The notes below the pieces were generated by a model, which was given only the letters and a program-made list of their open reading frames with translations, was not told where the DNA came from and did not search any database. 64,000 bases of DNA from an uncultured virus (IMG/VR IMGVR_UViG_3300044641_008909) (lineage: Duplodnaviria > Heunggongvirae > Uroviricota > Caudoviricetes), in IMG/VR virus record IMGVR_UViG_3300044641_008909; one strand, given 5' to 3'. This document shows positions 9,835 to 18,725 of the stretch, piece by piece. How positions within the stretch are numbered: position 1 is the stretch's first letter; every line of letters begins with the position of its first letter. A program made the translations under genes and the position numbers.

Positions 9835-11622
9835 ATGAACACAATAGAAATCGGCGAAGTTGTCGAGAAATCATCAGATTCTTTTAAGCTTTATAAATAT
9901 CCTTTTGAAAACTTCAATGTTGTTCAAAGTTCTGTTTTGGATCATGTTGACAAAGATGCCAATTTTATAATTGCATCTTCAACAAACAGTGGTAAAACAA
10001 TAGTTGCTGAATTTTTTATTTTTGAATCTTTGATTAAAAATGACAAAAAATGCATTTACATGTGTCCTTTGAAATCACTTGCTTCTGAAAAGTTTTCAGC
10101 ATGGTCATCTGAAGATCATCCATTTTCTAAGAAAAAAATAACAATAATGGCAGGTGATGAAAAGAAAGATAAAGATGGAGACTTAGTCGTAGCAACAATT
10201 GAAAGCTTTTGTCACAATGTAAGAACAAATCCAAATGTATTCGATGATATAGATACAATTATAGTAGATGAAGCACATATGATCGGTTCAGATGATCGTG
10301 GTCCTACTTTAGAATTTGCTCTAACAGAATTTGCTAGAAAAAATCATTCAAAAATAATATTTCTCAGTGGTACATTGCCAAATGCTAACCAAATCGGTGA
10401 ATGGTTGCATGATTTAAACAAGAAACAAACCTATATTCTGAATTCAAACTATCAAGCTGTTCCTTTGAAAATACATTATAAGAAGTTTGACACATCTTTA
10501 AGTTCTAGTGGTGTCCCTCATGATATGTTTGATTGCATTTCAATTTTATGCGACAAACATCAGGCAGATAAGATATTAGTATTCGTTCATTCAAAGAATA
10601 TTGGCAAAAAATTAGTGTCTTATATAAAGTCTAAAGGATTTGATACAAAGTTCCATTCAGCAGACTTGTCTCCTAGTAAGCGTAAAACGCTTGAGAAGGA
10701 GTTTAAGGAAGGAGCCTTACGAATACTCGTTGCAACAAGTACACTCGCTGCTGGCGTTAATTTGCCAGCTAGAAGAGTAATTATAGCAGGGGTAGTAAGA
10801 GGCAAAGAGTTAGTTGATAAGTCTGAGATACGCCAGATGATTGGAAGAGCAGGGAGGAAAGGCATCGATGATCAAGGTGATGCTTATGTTTTCTTTCCAG
10901 ATAACAAAATAACTTTAGCCAATGAGTACAAAAAAGTAGATGATGCTTTGTCAAAGTTATTTAATCTTAATGATGATTTAGAATATAATAAACTTGCTAT
11001 TCATATTCTTGCAATGATACATCAAGAAAAGAAACTTACATTTGATAAAATATGGAACATGCTTTCTAAGACATTTGGAGGATTTCTCAACAAAGTAAAT
11101 TCAAATTACTTGAAGAACACACTTGATAGGTTAGAGCATATGAAATTTGTTGTCATTGATGATGATGGTAATTACAATTTGAAAAAATTAGGTTTACCAA
11201 GTGTGTTATTTTTTATTGACCCTTATGATTTGAATTGTTGGATAAAAAGTTTTTCTAGATATTTTGCCGGAAGCGTTAGAAAAGATTCAATTCTTACATA
11301 TTATCTTGCGTTTACACCAAGTAACAATAAAAACTTCATGTCAGAAGATGAAAAGAATTTTTGCTCTTTGTATATGCAAAGATTGCAAGAGCTTTTAGGA
11401 AGAAACTATATTGAAACTGGATCAGTAAAAATAGGATATCTTTATTACTGCATGATGAATAAAAGAAGCACAGGCATGTTATCACCATTGATTCCCGTCA
11501 TAGTAAAAGATTTTGGCAGAATCTGTGCTTGCTTAAGTCTTGTTTCAAAAATTTGTGGTTGGAATTGTGGTGATTCATTTTTTTCGGATCTAAAAAATAG
11601 ATTTAGTAAAAAAGAAGTTTAG
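9835..11622 (+). CDS. Ski2/Hel308-like superfamily 2 helicase
   Basis: Q motif 'FNVVQ', 'TNSGKT', 'PLKSLA.EK', 'DEAH', 'LSGT', 'TSTLAAGVNLPA', 'QMIGRAGR'. Confidence 0.9.
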   Translation: MNTIEIGEVVEKSSDSFKLYKYPFENFNVVQSSVLDHVDKDANFIIASSTNSGKTIVAEFFIFESLIKNDKKCIYMCPLKSLASEKFSAWSSEDHPFSKKKITIMAGDEKKDKDGDLVVATIESFCHNVRTNPNVFDDIDTIIVDEAHMIGSDDRGPTLEFALTEFARKNHSKIIFLSGTLPNANQIGEWLHDLNKKQTYILNSNYQAVPLKIHYKKFDTSLSSSGVPHDMFDCISILCDKHQADKILVFVHSKNIGKKLVSYIKSKGFDTKFHSADLSPSKRKTLEKEFKEGALRILVATSTLAAGVNLPARRVIIAGVVRGKELVDKSEIRQMIGRAGRKGIDDQGDAYVFFPDNKITLANEYKKVDDALSKLFNLNDDLEYNKLAIHILAMIHQEKKLTFDKIWNMLSKTFGGFLNKVNSNYLKNTLDRLEHMKFVVIDDDGNYNLKKLGLPSVLFFIDPYDLNCWIKSFSRYFAGSVRKDSILTYYLAFTPSNNKNFMSEDEKNFCSLYMQRLQELLGRNYIETGSVKIGYLYYCMMNKRSTGMLSPLIPVIVKDFGRICACLSLVSKICGWNCGDSFFSDLKNRFSKKEV

Positions 11623-11662
11623 ATTAGCTCTGTTAAAGAAAGTTTTCTTACCGGAGTATTTC

Positions 11663-12277
11663 ATGCTTGCTGAAAGTTACTATACAGGCAAAAAGTCAAA
11701 ACCAAAATTGATGAAATTAACTTTTGGTGATGTTGAAAAAGTTGTTTATAAAATTGATATTGCTGATGAAGAATACGAAATTTGTGAATCGTTTTCAAGC
11801 AACATGTGGGCTAACAAGAAGACTGGCACATATGGAAGAGGTTTAGCTAATACAAAAGAAGACCCATATAAGGTTGAAAGAACAGGAAAGATTGGAGAAT
11901 TAGCCTTCTCTAAAGTTTTTGGTCTTCCTGTAGATTTTACTTACAGGGAAGGCGGTGATAAATATGACTTTATTGATGCAAGCAATAAAACAATAGACAT
12001 AAAGACATCAATGAAGCGACCTTGGTACGATGCTGGACTTATCAGGGCAACGAATGAAGGTAAGATTCCAATGAATCTTAATTGTGATTTGTATGTGTTT
12101 GCTTATTTGTTGTTGGATGAAAAGTCTAAAAAACAAGCAAGTGTAATATTAATTGGTGCTTCAGAAAAAGAAGAAATTATCAAAAGAGAAAAATTCCCAG
12201 CAAGAAAAGGATCTCACTTAAATTATGAGGTTCCTTACAAGGAAATGATTTCTATACAGGATCTAAAGCTGAGTTAA
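11663..12277 (+). CDS. putative PD-(D/E)XK nuclease-fold protein
   Basis: 'G..GELAF', 'YDF', 'IDIKT' pattern. Confidence 0.55.
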   Translation: MLAESYYTGKKSKPKLMKLTFGDVEKVVYKIDIADEEYEICESFSSNMWANKKTGTYGRGLANTKEDPYKVERTGKIGELAFSKVFGLPVDFTYREGGDKYDFIDASNKTIDIKTSMKRPWYDAGLIRATNEGKIPMNLNCDLYVFAYLLLDEKSKKQASVILIGASEKEEIIKREKFPARKGSHLNYEVPYKEMISIQDLKLS

Positions 12278-12509
12278 GATTCTTTCCAAAGAAGTTTTCT
12301 GGGTATTCCATTTTAACAACCTTTTTACCCTTCGCTTCTTCTTCCCAGAAGCGAACTTGTTCAACAGATACGCCTAGTTCGATATAGTGACAATCATCGC
12401 TTGCAGCTACAGGCATGTTTAAGTTTTTACCATTATAAATGATGTTAACTTTGCAAACTTTTTTTTCTCGATCAAAGCAAAAACAATTGTTGCATTTTTT
12501 CTTGTTCAT
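12252..12509 (-). CDS. small Cys-rich hypothetical protein
   Basis: CxxC...C...C pattern; divergent from the dNMP kinase gene. Confidence 0.65.
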   Translation of the reverse strand: MNKKKCNNCFCFDREKKVCKVNIIYNGKNLNMPVAASDDCHYIELGVSVEQVRFWEEEAKGKKVVKMEYPENFFGKNLNSALDPV

Positions 12510-12524
12510 GACTATAACATAGTT

Positions 12525-13157
12525 ATGAAAAATATCATTGTTGGCTTATTTGGTCAGGCAGCATCTGGTAAAGATACAGTTGCAGGAATGCTTGCTCCAC
12601 GGCTGTGGCAATATATTGATCATGAAAAACCACTTGTTACAAAAATTGCTTTTGCCTATAATGTCAAAAAAATATATTGTGATTACTTTGACGTTGATTT
12701 TGATTTTATTGAAGAATGGAAAAGAAATCCCGAACCTCCTCCCGGTTTTTCAATGAATGTCAGACAGGCTTTACAAATGATTGGTGATGGATTCAGAAAA
12801 GTTAAAAATTCTGTTTGGATCGACAAAGTTTTGAATAAAATGCAAAATGTAATTATCACAGATGGTCGTTATCTTAACGAAGCTAAAGCAATTAAAGAAA
12901 AAGATGGTATTGTCGTTCTTATTGATCGTCCCAATCATCGTAACACTGATCAAAACGATAGTGAAAAGATTATGGGAGAAGCATCAGATTATTTTGGTAA
13001 TAAAGACGCAAATGGAATTATTGCTGATAGTAACTATCCTATGTTTGATTATTACATGAAGAATGATAGTAATCTTTTGTCTTTAGAAGACAAGATAGTA
13101 CAACAATTGATTCCTTTCATTGTTGAAAAGTTTGAATTAAAAGATTATAAAAATTAA
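12525..13157 (+). CDS. deoxynucleoside monophosphate kinase (T4 gp1-like)
   Basis: 'G.AASGKDT', 'FA..VK', 'RQALQ.IG...R', 'ITDGRY.NE'. Confidence 0.88.
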   Translation: MKNIIVGLFGQAASGKDTVAGMLAPRLWQYIDHEKPLVTKIAFAYNVKKIYCDYFDVDFDFIEEWKRNPEPPPGFSMNVRQALQMIGDGFRKVKNSVWIDKVLNKMQNVIITDGRYLNEAKAIKEKDGIVVLIDRPNHRNTDQNDSEKIMGEASDYFGNKDANGIIADSNYPMFDYYMKNDSNLLSLEDKIVQQLIPFIVEKFELKDYKN

Positions 13158-13775
13158 TTAGTTAAGTTTTTTTAAAGCATTTTCAGTCATTACAATAAAT
13201 TCCCAGCTTCTTTTTTGGCAATAAACATTTGCTGCTTTCCATTTGGCAACATTCTTAGCCCATTTTGTTTGAGACTTGGGTTTTATTTCCCATAATTCAA
13301 TCTTGCCATCTGTATACTCAACAAGAATATCTGGAATATAATTGTGTGACGATCCTTCAAAAAAGTATTCTATTTGAAGACTTTCGGCTTTATACTTTCT
13401 TACATTCGGATTTTTCTCAAGTATTTTTAAAAATTTCAACTCAAGACCACTTCTGAAAAATATATCGCATTGATTCTTTTCTGAATGAAAATTACCTTGC
13501 TTAAATTTTGAAAAATTATTTTTTTTATTTGGACTTTTTATGTCTCTTATGATTATTGCTCTTGTTTGAATGTTTTCTGGCATATTCATGCCTATATGCT
13601 TTGATCTATAGTGAATTTGCATGTCTCTGACAGGGTGTTGACACAGTGGACACAAGACATAATCATCACTTTCAGTATGATTATTGACTATATGATCTTT
13701 TAACAGATCAATATCATTGAATGTATCTTGACAAACAAAGCAACAGAATTTTCTGGTTTTATCTTTTTTGTTCAT
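13158..13775 (-). CDS. C2H2 zinc-finger / TnsA-like (T4 gp4-type) endonuclease
   Basis: Two CxxC...HxxxH fingers followed by 'FRSGLE', 'YIPD', 'EIKP', 'KW.AA', 'F.VMTE'. Confidence 0.8.
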   Translation of the reverse strand: MNKKDKTRKFCCFVCQDTFNDIDLLKDHIVNNHTESDDYVLCPLCQHPVRDMQIHYRSKHIGMNMPENIQTRAIIIRDIKSPNKKNNFSKFKQGNFHSEKNQCDIFFRSGLELKFLKILEKNPNVRKYKAESLQIEYFFEGSSHNYIPDILVEYTDGKIELWEIKPKSQTKWAKNVAKWKAANVYCQKRSWEFIVMTENALKKLN

Positions 13776-13793
13776 GTCATAATATATACTTTC

Positions 13794-14165
13794 GTGAAAA
13801 CATTTATTGAATTTTTAAAAGAAGAACGAAAGAATTCAGACTTCATTGATACTTTCGGGACTATTTTCAACATAGATCAAGATGCTTTTGAAAAAGCACT
13901 TGAAAAGACACCATCTGTATTTTCTCAGGCACTTTATGGTGATGACCAAATAGGTGTCGGAGCTTTTGATACTAAGAAGGTTGGAGAAAGAACGTATCAA
14001 CTTAAAAACAGAGATGCTTTTGGCGACATAAGATATAGGAATAATGTCAAGATGCGTCAACCAGTTAAAACAATTATTAATAAATCATTTATGGATTATC
14101 TTAAGACACAAGGGTTAGCTGGAAGTGAAAAGATAGTACCAAAAAATGAAAAGAAGGACAAATGA
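13794..14165 (+). CDS. hypothetical protein with capsid-targeting-like N-terminus
   Basis: The GTG at 13794 gives MKTFIEFLKEE; the longer track start overlaps the divergent gene. Confidence 0.7.
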   Translation: MKTFIEFLKEERKNSDFIDTFGTIFNIDQDAFEKALEKTPSVFSQALYGDDQIGVGAFDTKKVGERTYQLKNRDAFGDIRYRNNVKMRQPVKTIINKSFMDYLKTQGLAGSEKIVPKNEKKDK

Positions 14166-14374
14166 AAGGATTCAAAAATTGGTTGAATGAAGTTTCCACA
14201 AGCACAGCAGATGTGGCACATTTTTCTTTACCAATTAATGCTGGAATGGTTACAAGAAACTTCCCTCAGTTCTTTAATGTTAAAGATTATGGTTTCGGTG
14301 GTCCTATACAACATTTAACTTCTACAGATTATATTCCAGAAAAAAGAAAAAAAAATAGAAAAAAACATTCTTGA
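14162..14374 (+). CDS. small basic protein with capsid-targeting-like N-terminus
   Basis: MKGFKNWLNE start, basic tail, ATGA overlap. Confidence 0.7.
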   Translation: MKGFKNWLNEVSTSTADVAHFSLPINAGMVTRNFPQFFNVKDYGFGGPIQHLTSTDYIPEKRKKNRKKHS

Positions 14375-14482
14375 TGTATACATAATGACGGAAGGTTTCG
14401 ATCTTCTATATTGTCAAAAGATAAATTTTTAATAAGTAAGTCAAAAAAAATACAAATAATAATTAGATATATCTGGGTTTTC

Positions 14483-14512
14483 GGAGGTTTCCTTAAAAAA
14501 CCTCCTTTTTTT
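14483..14512 (+). terminator. intrinsic terminator
   Basis: GGAGGTTT-loop-AAACCTCC followed by T7. Confidence 0.75.
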
Positions 14513-14564
14513 ATTGATTCTTTTTAACAATTAAATATAATAAAGCAACCTAGAGGATTTTCAG

Positions 14565-15428
14565 ATGGATGCTTTTTCCCTTCTTCCAAAAACTAAAATT
14601 GATTGTTTAGACAAAGGATTTGTAGAAATAGTTGATGTAATGCCAAGAATTATTCCAGATGGACAAACATGCGATTATGCAATTGCTCAAATGGCAAGGG
14701 TCAGTTATGGACAAGGAACTAAATCTGTCAACGAAGACAAAGGATTGATTCGTTATCTTCTCAGACACAATCATACTTCTCCATTCGAGGGAATCGATTT
14801 TAAGCTGCATATGAAAATGCCTATCTTTATTGCTAGACAAATGATAAGGCACAGAACTGTATCGCTCAATGAAATCAGTGGCAGATATTCTGTAATGAAG
14901 GATGAATTTTACATTCCTAATGTTGAGGATTTGAGAAAACAGTCAACAACTAATAAGCAGGGTGGCGAAGAGATTTTTGAAAAAGAGTCATCTCAAGAAT
15001 TTGTTGATAAGATTGATTCAAGTTGCAAAGATGCATATGCTTTTTATTTGCAAATGTTAGATGCTGGTGTTTCAAGAGAACAAGCCAGAATGATTTTGCC
15101 TCTTAATCTTTATACAGAATGGTACTGGAAACAGAACTTGCATAATTTGTTGCATCTTCTGTCCCTTCGAGCAGATGCACACGCTCAGAAGGAAATTAGG
15201 GTGTATGCTGATGCTATTCTTGAGCTTATTACGCCTTTGGTCCCATGGACTATTGAAGCATGGAATGATTATCATCCAATGCGTGGAGCAATGTCTTTAA
15301 CAAAATTAGAAGTCGAAGCTATTTCAAATTCTGATATTAAAGGAACTATTCCTGAGATCCGCTCTGAAAACAAGAGAGAATCTCAGGAATGGAAAGTTAA
15401 AGCTGAAAAACTTTTTCCTAGTAAATAA
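14565..15428 (+). CDS. thyX: flavin-dependent thymidylate synthase
   Basis: 'ARVSY', 'H.SPFE', 'RHR..S.NEISGRY' and 'LR...HAQ.EIR' motifs. Confidence 0.97.
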   Translation: MDAFSLLPKTKIDCLDKGFVEIVDVMPRIIPDGQTCDYAIAQMARVSYGQGTKSVNEDKGLIRYLLRHNHTSPFEGIDFKLHMKMPIFIARQMIRHRTVSLNEISGRYSVMKDEFYIPNVEDLRKQSTTNKQGGEEIFEKESSQEFVDKIDSSCKDAYAFYLQMLDAGVSREQARMILPLNLYTEWYWKQNLHNLLHLLSLRADAHAQKEIRVYADAILELITPLVPWTIEAWNDYHPMRGAMSLTKLEVEAISNSDIKGTIPEIRSENKRESQEWKVKAEKLFPSK

Positions 15429-15747
15429 CTTTTGATGTGTTTTGCATCTTATTATCTAATTCGATAAACTTGTTAAGCATTTCAACAAGTTTGTCTGCTC
15501 TTTCTCTTGTAATAAGGACTTCATCAAAGCTTCCTGATTTATTATTGATTCCAAACAAATATGTAAAAGCATTTTTTAATCTTTCAAAAAAAGTAGTAGG
15601 AGCTAAATGTATTTGCACATAGAACTCACAACCTTCTAACTTCTTGTTATCTGTCCACCAAGTTAATCCAAAATGTGCCATGTGTTCTAAAGACCCACAT
15701 TGACAAATAATGAATTCCGATACTTCTTCATACTTTCTGACTGGCAT
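15418..15747 (-). CDS. hypothetical protein
   Basis: ATG at 15747 with SD GGAGG; 'C.CGS.EH' motif. Confidence 0.7.
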   Translation of the reverse strand: MPVRKYEEVSEFIICQCGSLEHMAHFGLTWWTDNKKLEGCEFYVQIHLAPTTFFERLKNAFTYLFGINNKSGSFDEVLITRERADKLVEMLNKFIELDNKMQNTSKVIY

Positions 15748-15841
15748 AGTTAGCCTCCTTGATGGTCTCATTCTGCCATTTTATTAAATGAAGTCAATAC
15801 CCTTTTGTTTTATTTGACTAGTTTAATTTGGAGGAAAAATT

Positions 15842-16273
15842 ATGAATGGTGATAATTCTTGGCGTTATATGCTTTTGTTTTTTCAATTGATAACTCTGAT
15901 TGGTGTTACAACTTTAAATTGTAATAACAATCGTGTTAACACATTGCAAAGCGGTGCAAAGATTGAACAATCAGAACTAGAAGCACAACTTGCTAATAAA
16001 AATTTGTATCTGGACAATTATACTTGGACTGTGTCAAAAACTCCAAGTGTAACTATCATTGACAATCAAGTTATAGATGGAATTAACATTATTTTCTTAG
16101 AATTGAACGATAGTAGGACTGTTCGATTGAATGAAGCTAAGTTTTCAGCTAAAGAAAACGATAATGTTGTTACTGTAAAAGTTAAAGCTTTTTGCAAATC
16201 TTACGCAGAAAGAGTTAAGGGTAGAATGATTCTTACAAAGACAAGCGTGATTGATTCTAAAATTTCAGAATAA
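15842..16273 (+). CDS. putative membrane/lipoprotein
   Basis: N-terminal hydrophobic segment ending in Cys; SD GGAGG. Confidence 0.7.
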   Translation: MNGDNSWRYMLLFFQLITLIGVTTLNCNNNRVNTLQSGAKIEQSELEAQLANKNLYLDNYTWTVSKTPSVTIIDNQVIDGINIIFLELNDSRTVRLNEAKFSAKENDNVVTVKVKAFCKSYAERVKGRMILTKTSVIDSKISE

Positions 16274-16657
16274 TTACCTTCGACCGAAGGCTTCTGTCCT
16301 ACTTTGGTCAAGTAGGACAGTATGCTTTTGATTTAACTGGTGATTTTTATAATAAGTTGGTTTTGAGTAATAGATAGGCTTGTTAGCTGTTGGTGTATTA
16401 TATAATTTGGGGGTAGATGAACTGGGAACAACTTGCGGAAGAGACTTTGGTTCTTCTTTTGGACTTTCTTTTGGTTCTTTTTTTTGTTGGTTTGCCTGTA
16501 GTAACTCTTCTTTACTGTTTGCATCAAGTTCTTTGATTAACTCTTTGATCGCAGCTTTGTCTATTTCCTTTTTGCTGGGAAATTTAACAACAGGCAAATC
16601 TTGAGCTAAACAATTTAAGCTAAATGCAAACAGTAAAAAAAGAATTAATTTTTTCAA
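16274..16657 (-). CDS. putative secreted protein
   Basis: Signal peptide MKKLILFLLFAFSLNCLA. Confidence 0.7.
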   Translation of the reverse strand: MKKLILFLLFAFSLNCLAQDLPVVKFPSKKEIDKAAIKELIKELDANSKEELLQANQQKKEPKESPKEEPKSLPQVVPSSSTPKLYNTPTANKPIYYSKPTYYKNHQLNQKHTVLLDQSRTEAFGRR

Positions 16658-17163
16658 GACTTATCCTCATCAATTGCTTTTTCAATAGCTGCAAGTACTG
16701 CTTGCAAAATCTTTTGTCCATACTTTTCAAACACATATGGAATTACTTTTTCGAGCATAACTTGAATCATTGTTGCGCTCATCATATCAATGTTTTTGTC
16801 ACTGATCATATCTTCAATTTCACGTTTGCCCATAACAGTTGCACCAAATGATTTGATGCTTTCGGCTTCTACCATATTGGCTACCATCTTTTTTCTAGAA
16901 ACCATTGAGATAAAGAAATCTAAAACAAATGGACCAAACAGTCTGAATGATTCAATAATAAAGGCAAAGGAAAAGCCATTCCTAAGTCCTTCTGTTACTG
17001 TGCTAAGTACTTCAGGACCATACTTATTTAAACAATCAGCAACAAATTCTGTGGAAGCGCCCATGTTGAGAGCATCTTCCTTCATTACTTCAATGTCAGT
17101 CAATGAATATCTTGTTTCTGGCTCACTCATATCAAGCTCCTTATACTTTAACAACAGGGACAT
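16654..17163 (-). CDS. hypothetical protein
   Basis: 169 aa, overlaps its neighbours; repeated '(K)YG/FG P..L' helical units. Confidence 0.7.
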   Translation of the reverse strand: MSLLLKYKELDMSEPETRYSLTDIEVMKEDALNMGASTEFVADCLNKYGPEVLSTVTEGLRNGFSFAFIIESFRLFGPFVLDFFISMVSRKKMVANMVEAESIKSFGATVMGKREIEDMISDKNIDMMSATMIQVMLEKVIPYVFEKYGQKILQAVLAAIEKAIDEDKS

Positions 17164-17947
17164 CGTCTGCCGGATCTTTATCTAGATGATCTTCCACAAT
17201 ACCTTGGAAAGCAAAACAATCAAGCTTGCTTCGGCTTGTAAAATGTTCTTTTCTAACATAGCAATAGCCACCTAATCCAAAACTGGAACCCCAACTATTC
17301 TGAAGTTTTACCAACCAGCCATACTTGCTATGTTGTTTTATTCCGCATGCAAGCATTGAATGTCCTCCACCACCACCATTTGGAAGTGGAGAAATACCTT
17401 CTGAATCAACTTTAATAAAGTTAGATCCAACAAGGATACCGATGTTTACAACAAAACCAAGATTGATTGCTTGGCAAACTTCTTCAAATGTGTCACATTG
17501 ATAAGCATATCCCAGCTTAAATCTAGCAGCATTGTCATAAGAAGCCTTGGTTAGACTGCTCTTGTAATAAACACGGTCATGTGGGAATGCACTTGTTTCG
17601 CAGATTCCATACTTTCTAAGCATATTAAGGCTATCTGAAATATAAGCTCCACCATCTTGTCCACCATTAATTAAAGCATAGTGGAAGAATGGATTGAAAC
17701 TTTTTTGAATGTTTTGACGTTGCTTTTGCAAAATTTCCATTCCAGCAGCAGATGCATGACCAACACAGCTGTTAGTTGACTTTTGGTTTAGGATTCTATG
17801 CCCTTGCCAAGACATATCAATTTCTTTAAGAACAGCAGCGTTAAAGCTCTTGAACGCATCTCCAAACTTTGGAGTATCATTTTCTGGACTTGGTGTGTGT
17901 GAAAGAATACGATAATAACCGTCGAAATATATTGATGGAAAACTCAT
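17141..17947 (-). CDS. papain-like (C1) cysteine peptidase
   Basis: 'NQ....SCVGH' (Q/C), 'GGHSM' (H), 'QNSWG..FG..GY' (N). Confidence 0.9.
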   Translation of the reverse strand: MSFPSIYFDGYYRILSHTPSPENDTPKFGDAFKSFNAAVLKEIDMSWQGHRILNQKSTNSCVGHASAAGMEILQKQRQNIQKSFNPFFHYALINGGQDGGAYISDSLNMLRKYGICETSAFPHDRVYYKSSLTKASYDNAARFKLGYAYQCDTFEEVCQAINLGFVVNIGILVGSNFIKVDSEGISPLPNGGGGGHSMLACGIKQHSKYGWLVKLQNSWGSSFGLGGYCYVRKEHFTSRSKLDCFAFQGIVEDHLDKDPADDVPVVKV

Positions 17948-17948
17948 G

Positions 17949-18698
17949 TTATTCTCCCTTTGTAATTTTGTTTAGAACTTTAATAACTTCTGCTTCTGTT
18001 TTTGGAATAGCACTGTAGTAAAGGACAGTTCCATCAGTTTTTTGTACAACAAACAAATTATTACTGTTTAATTTCTTAAGAAGCCCATCCATCTTCTTCT
18101 GTTTGACAACCAAACTGTTAACATCATAAACCTTATAAAAGCTTTTTGTTTTTAGAATAATATCTCTGATATCTTTACCATTTAAAACAGCTGCAATATC
18201 TGGTGTTGATTCATTATAATCTGTTAAAAAAGTAACATGCAAACCTTCTGGAACCTTTTCTATTACTACATCTGGATCAATAGGATCATTTGGATCTGGT
18301 TTTACTGGATCAGGCTTAACGCCTTTAACTGTAATGTCGGTTCTTGCAAAATCCGTTAGCTTGCCTTCTATAAGAGCAATAGCAAAAACATTAATGCTTC
18401 CAGATTGAGGAACAGAAACAATTAAACTATTTGCAGCATCATTAGCAACATATTTAACTTTGCTGTTACCAACTACAAACCATTTAACTTGTCCCTTGGA
18501 TTTAGCTTGGACAACAAGAAATCCTTCACTGCTATCAACCGTGATTGGTTCAGGCAGTTCAAGTCCTTCAACTTTATTTGTAATTGAATATATGGGTGAC
18601 TGCGGGATTGCTGGTGGTTCAACTGCTATAAGTGAATCAGCAGAAAAACATGAAACTGTAAAAAGAGCAGAAAGCAAAACACTTAGTAGAAATTTCAT
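17949..18698 (-). CDS. secreted protein with Pro-Asp linker
   Basis: Signal peptide; 'KPDPVKPDPNDPIDPD' linker between two domains. Confidence 0.75.
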   Translation of the reverse strand: MKFLLSVLLSALFTVSCFSADSLIAVEPPAIPQSPIYSITNKVEGLELPEPITVDSSEGFLVVQAKSKGQVKWFVVGNSKVKYVANDAANSLIVSVPQSGSINVFAIALIEGKLTDFARTDITVKGVKPDPVKPDPNDPIDPDVVIEKVPEGLHVTFLTDYNESTPDIAAVLNGKDIRDIILKTKSFYKVYDVNSLVVKQKKMDGLLKKLNSNNLFVVQKTDGTVLYYSAIPKTEAEVIKVLNKITKGE

Positions 18699-18725
18699 TT
18701 CATCTCCATGAAGCTGTGTATGCTG

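Noticed and set aside
13158..13775. Tn7-like transposon (TnsA)
   Set aside because: No tnsB/tnsC genes or terminal repeats; TnsA-like folds are normal in T4-like head-completion nucleases.
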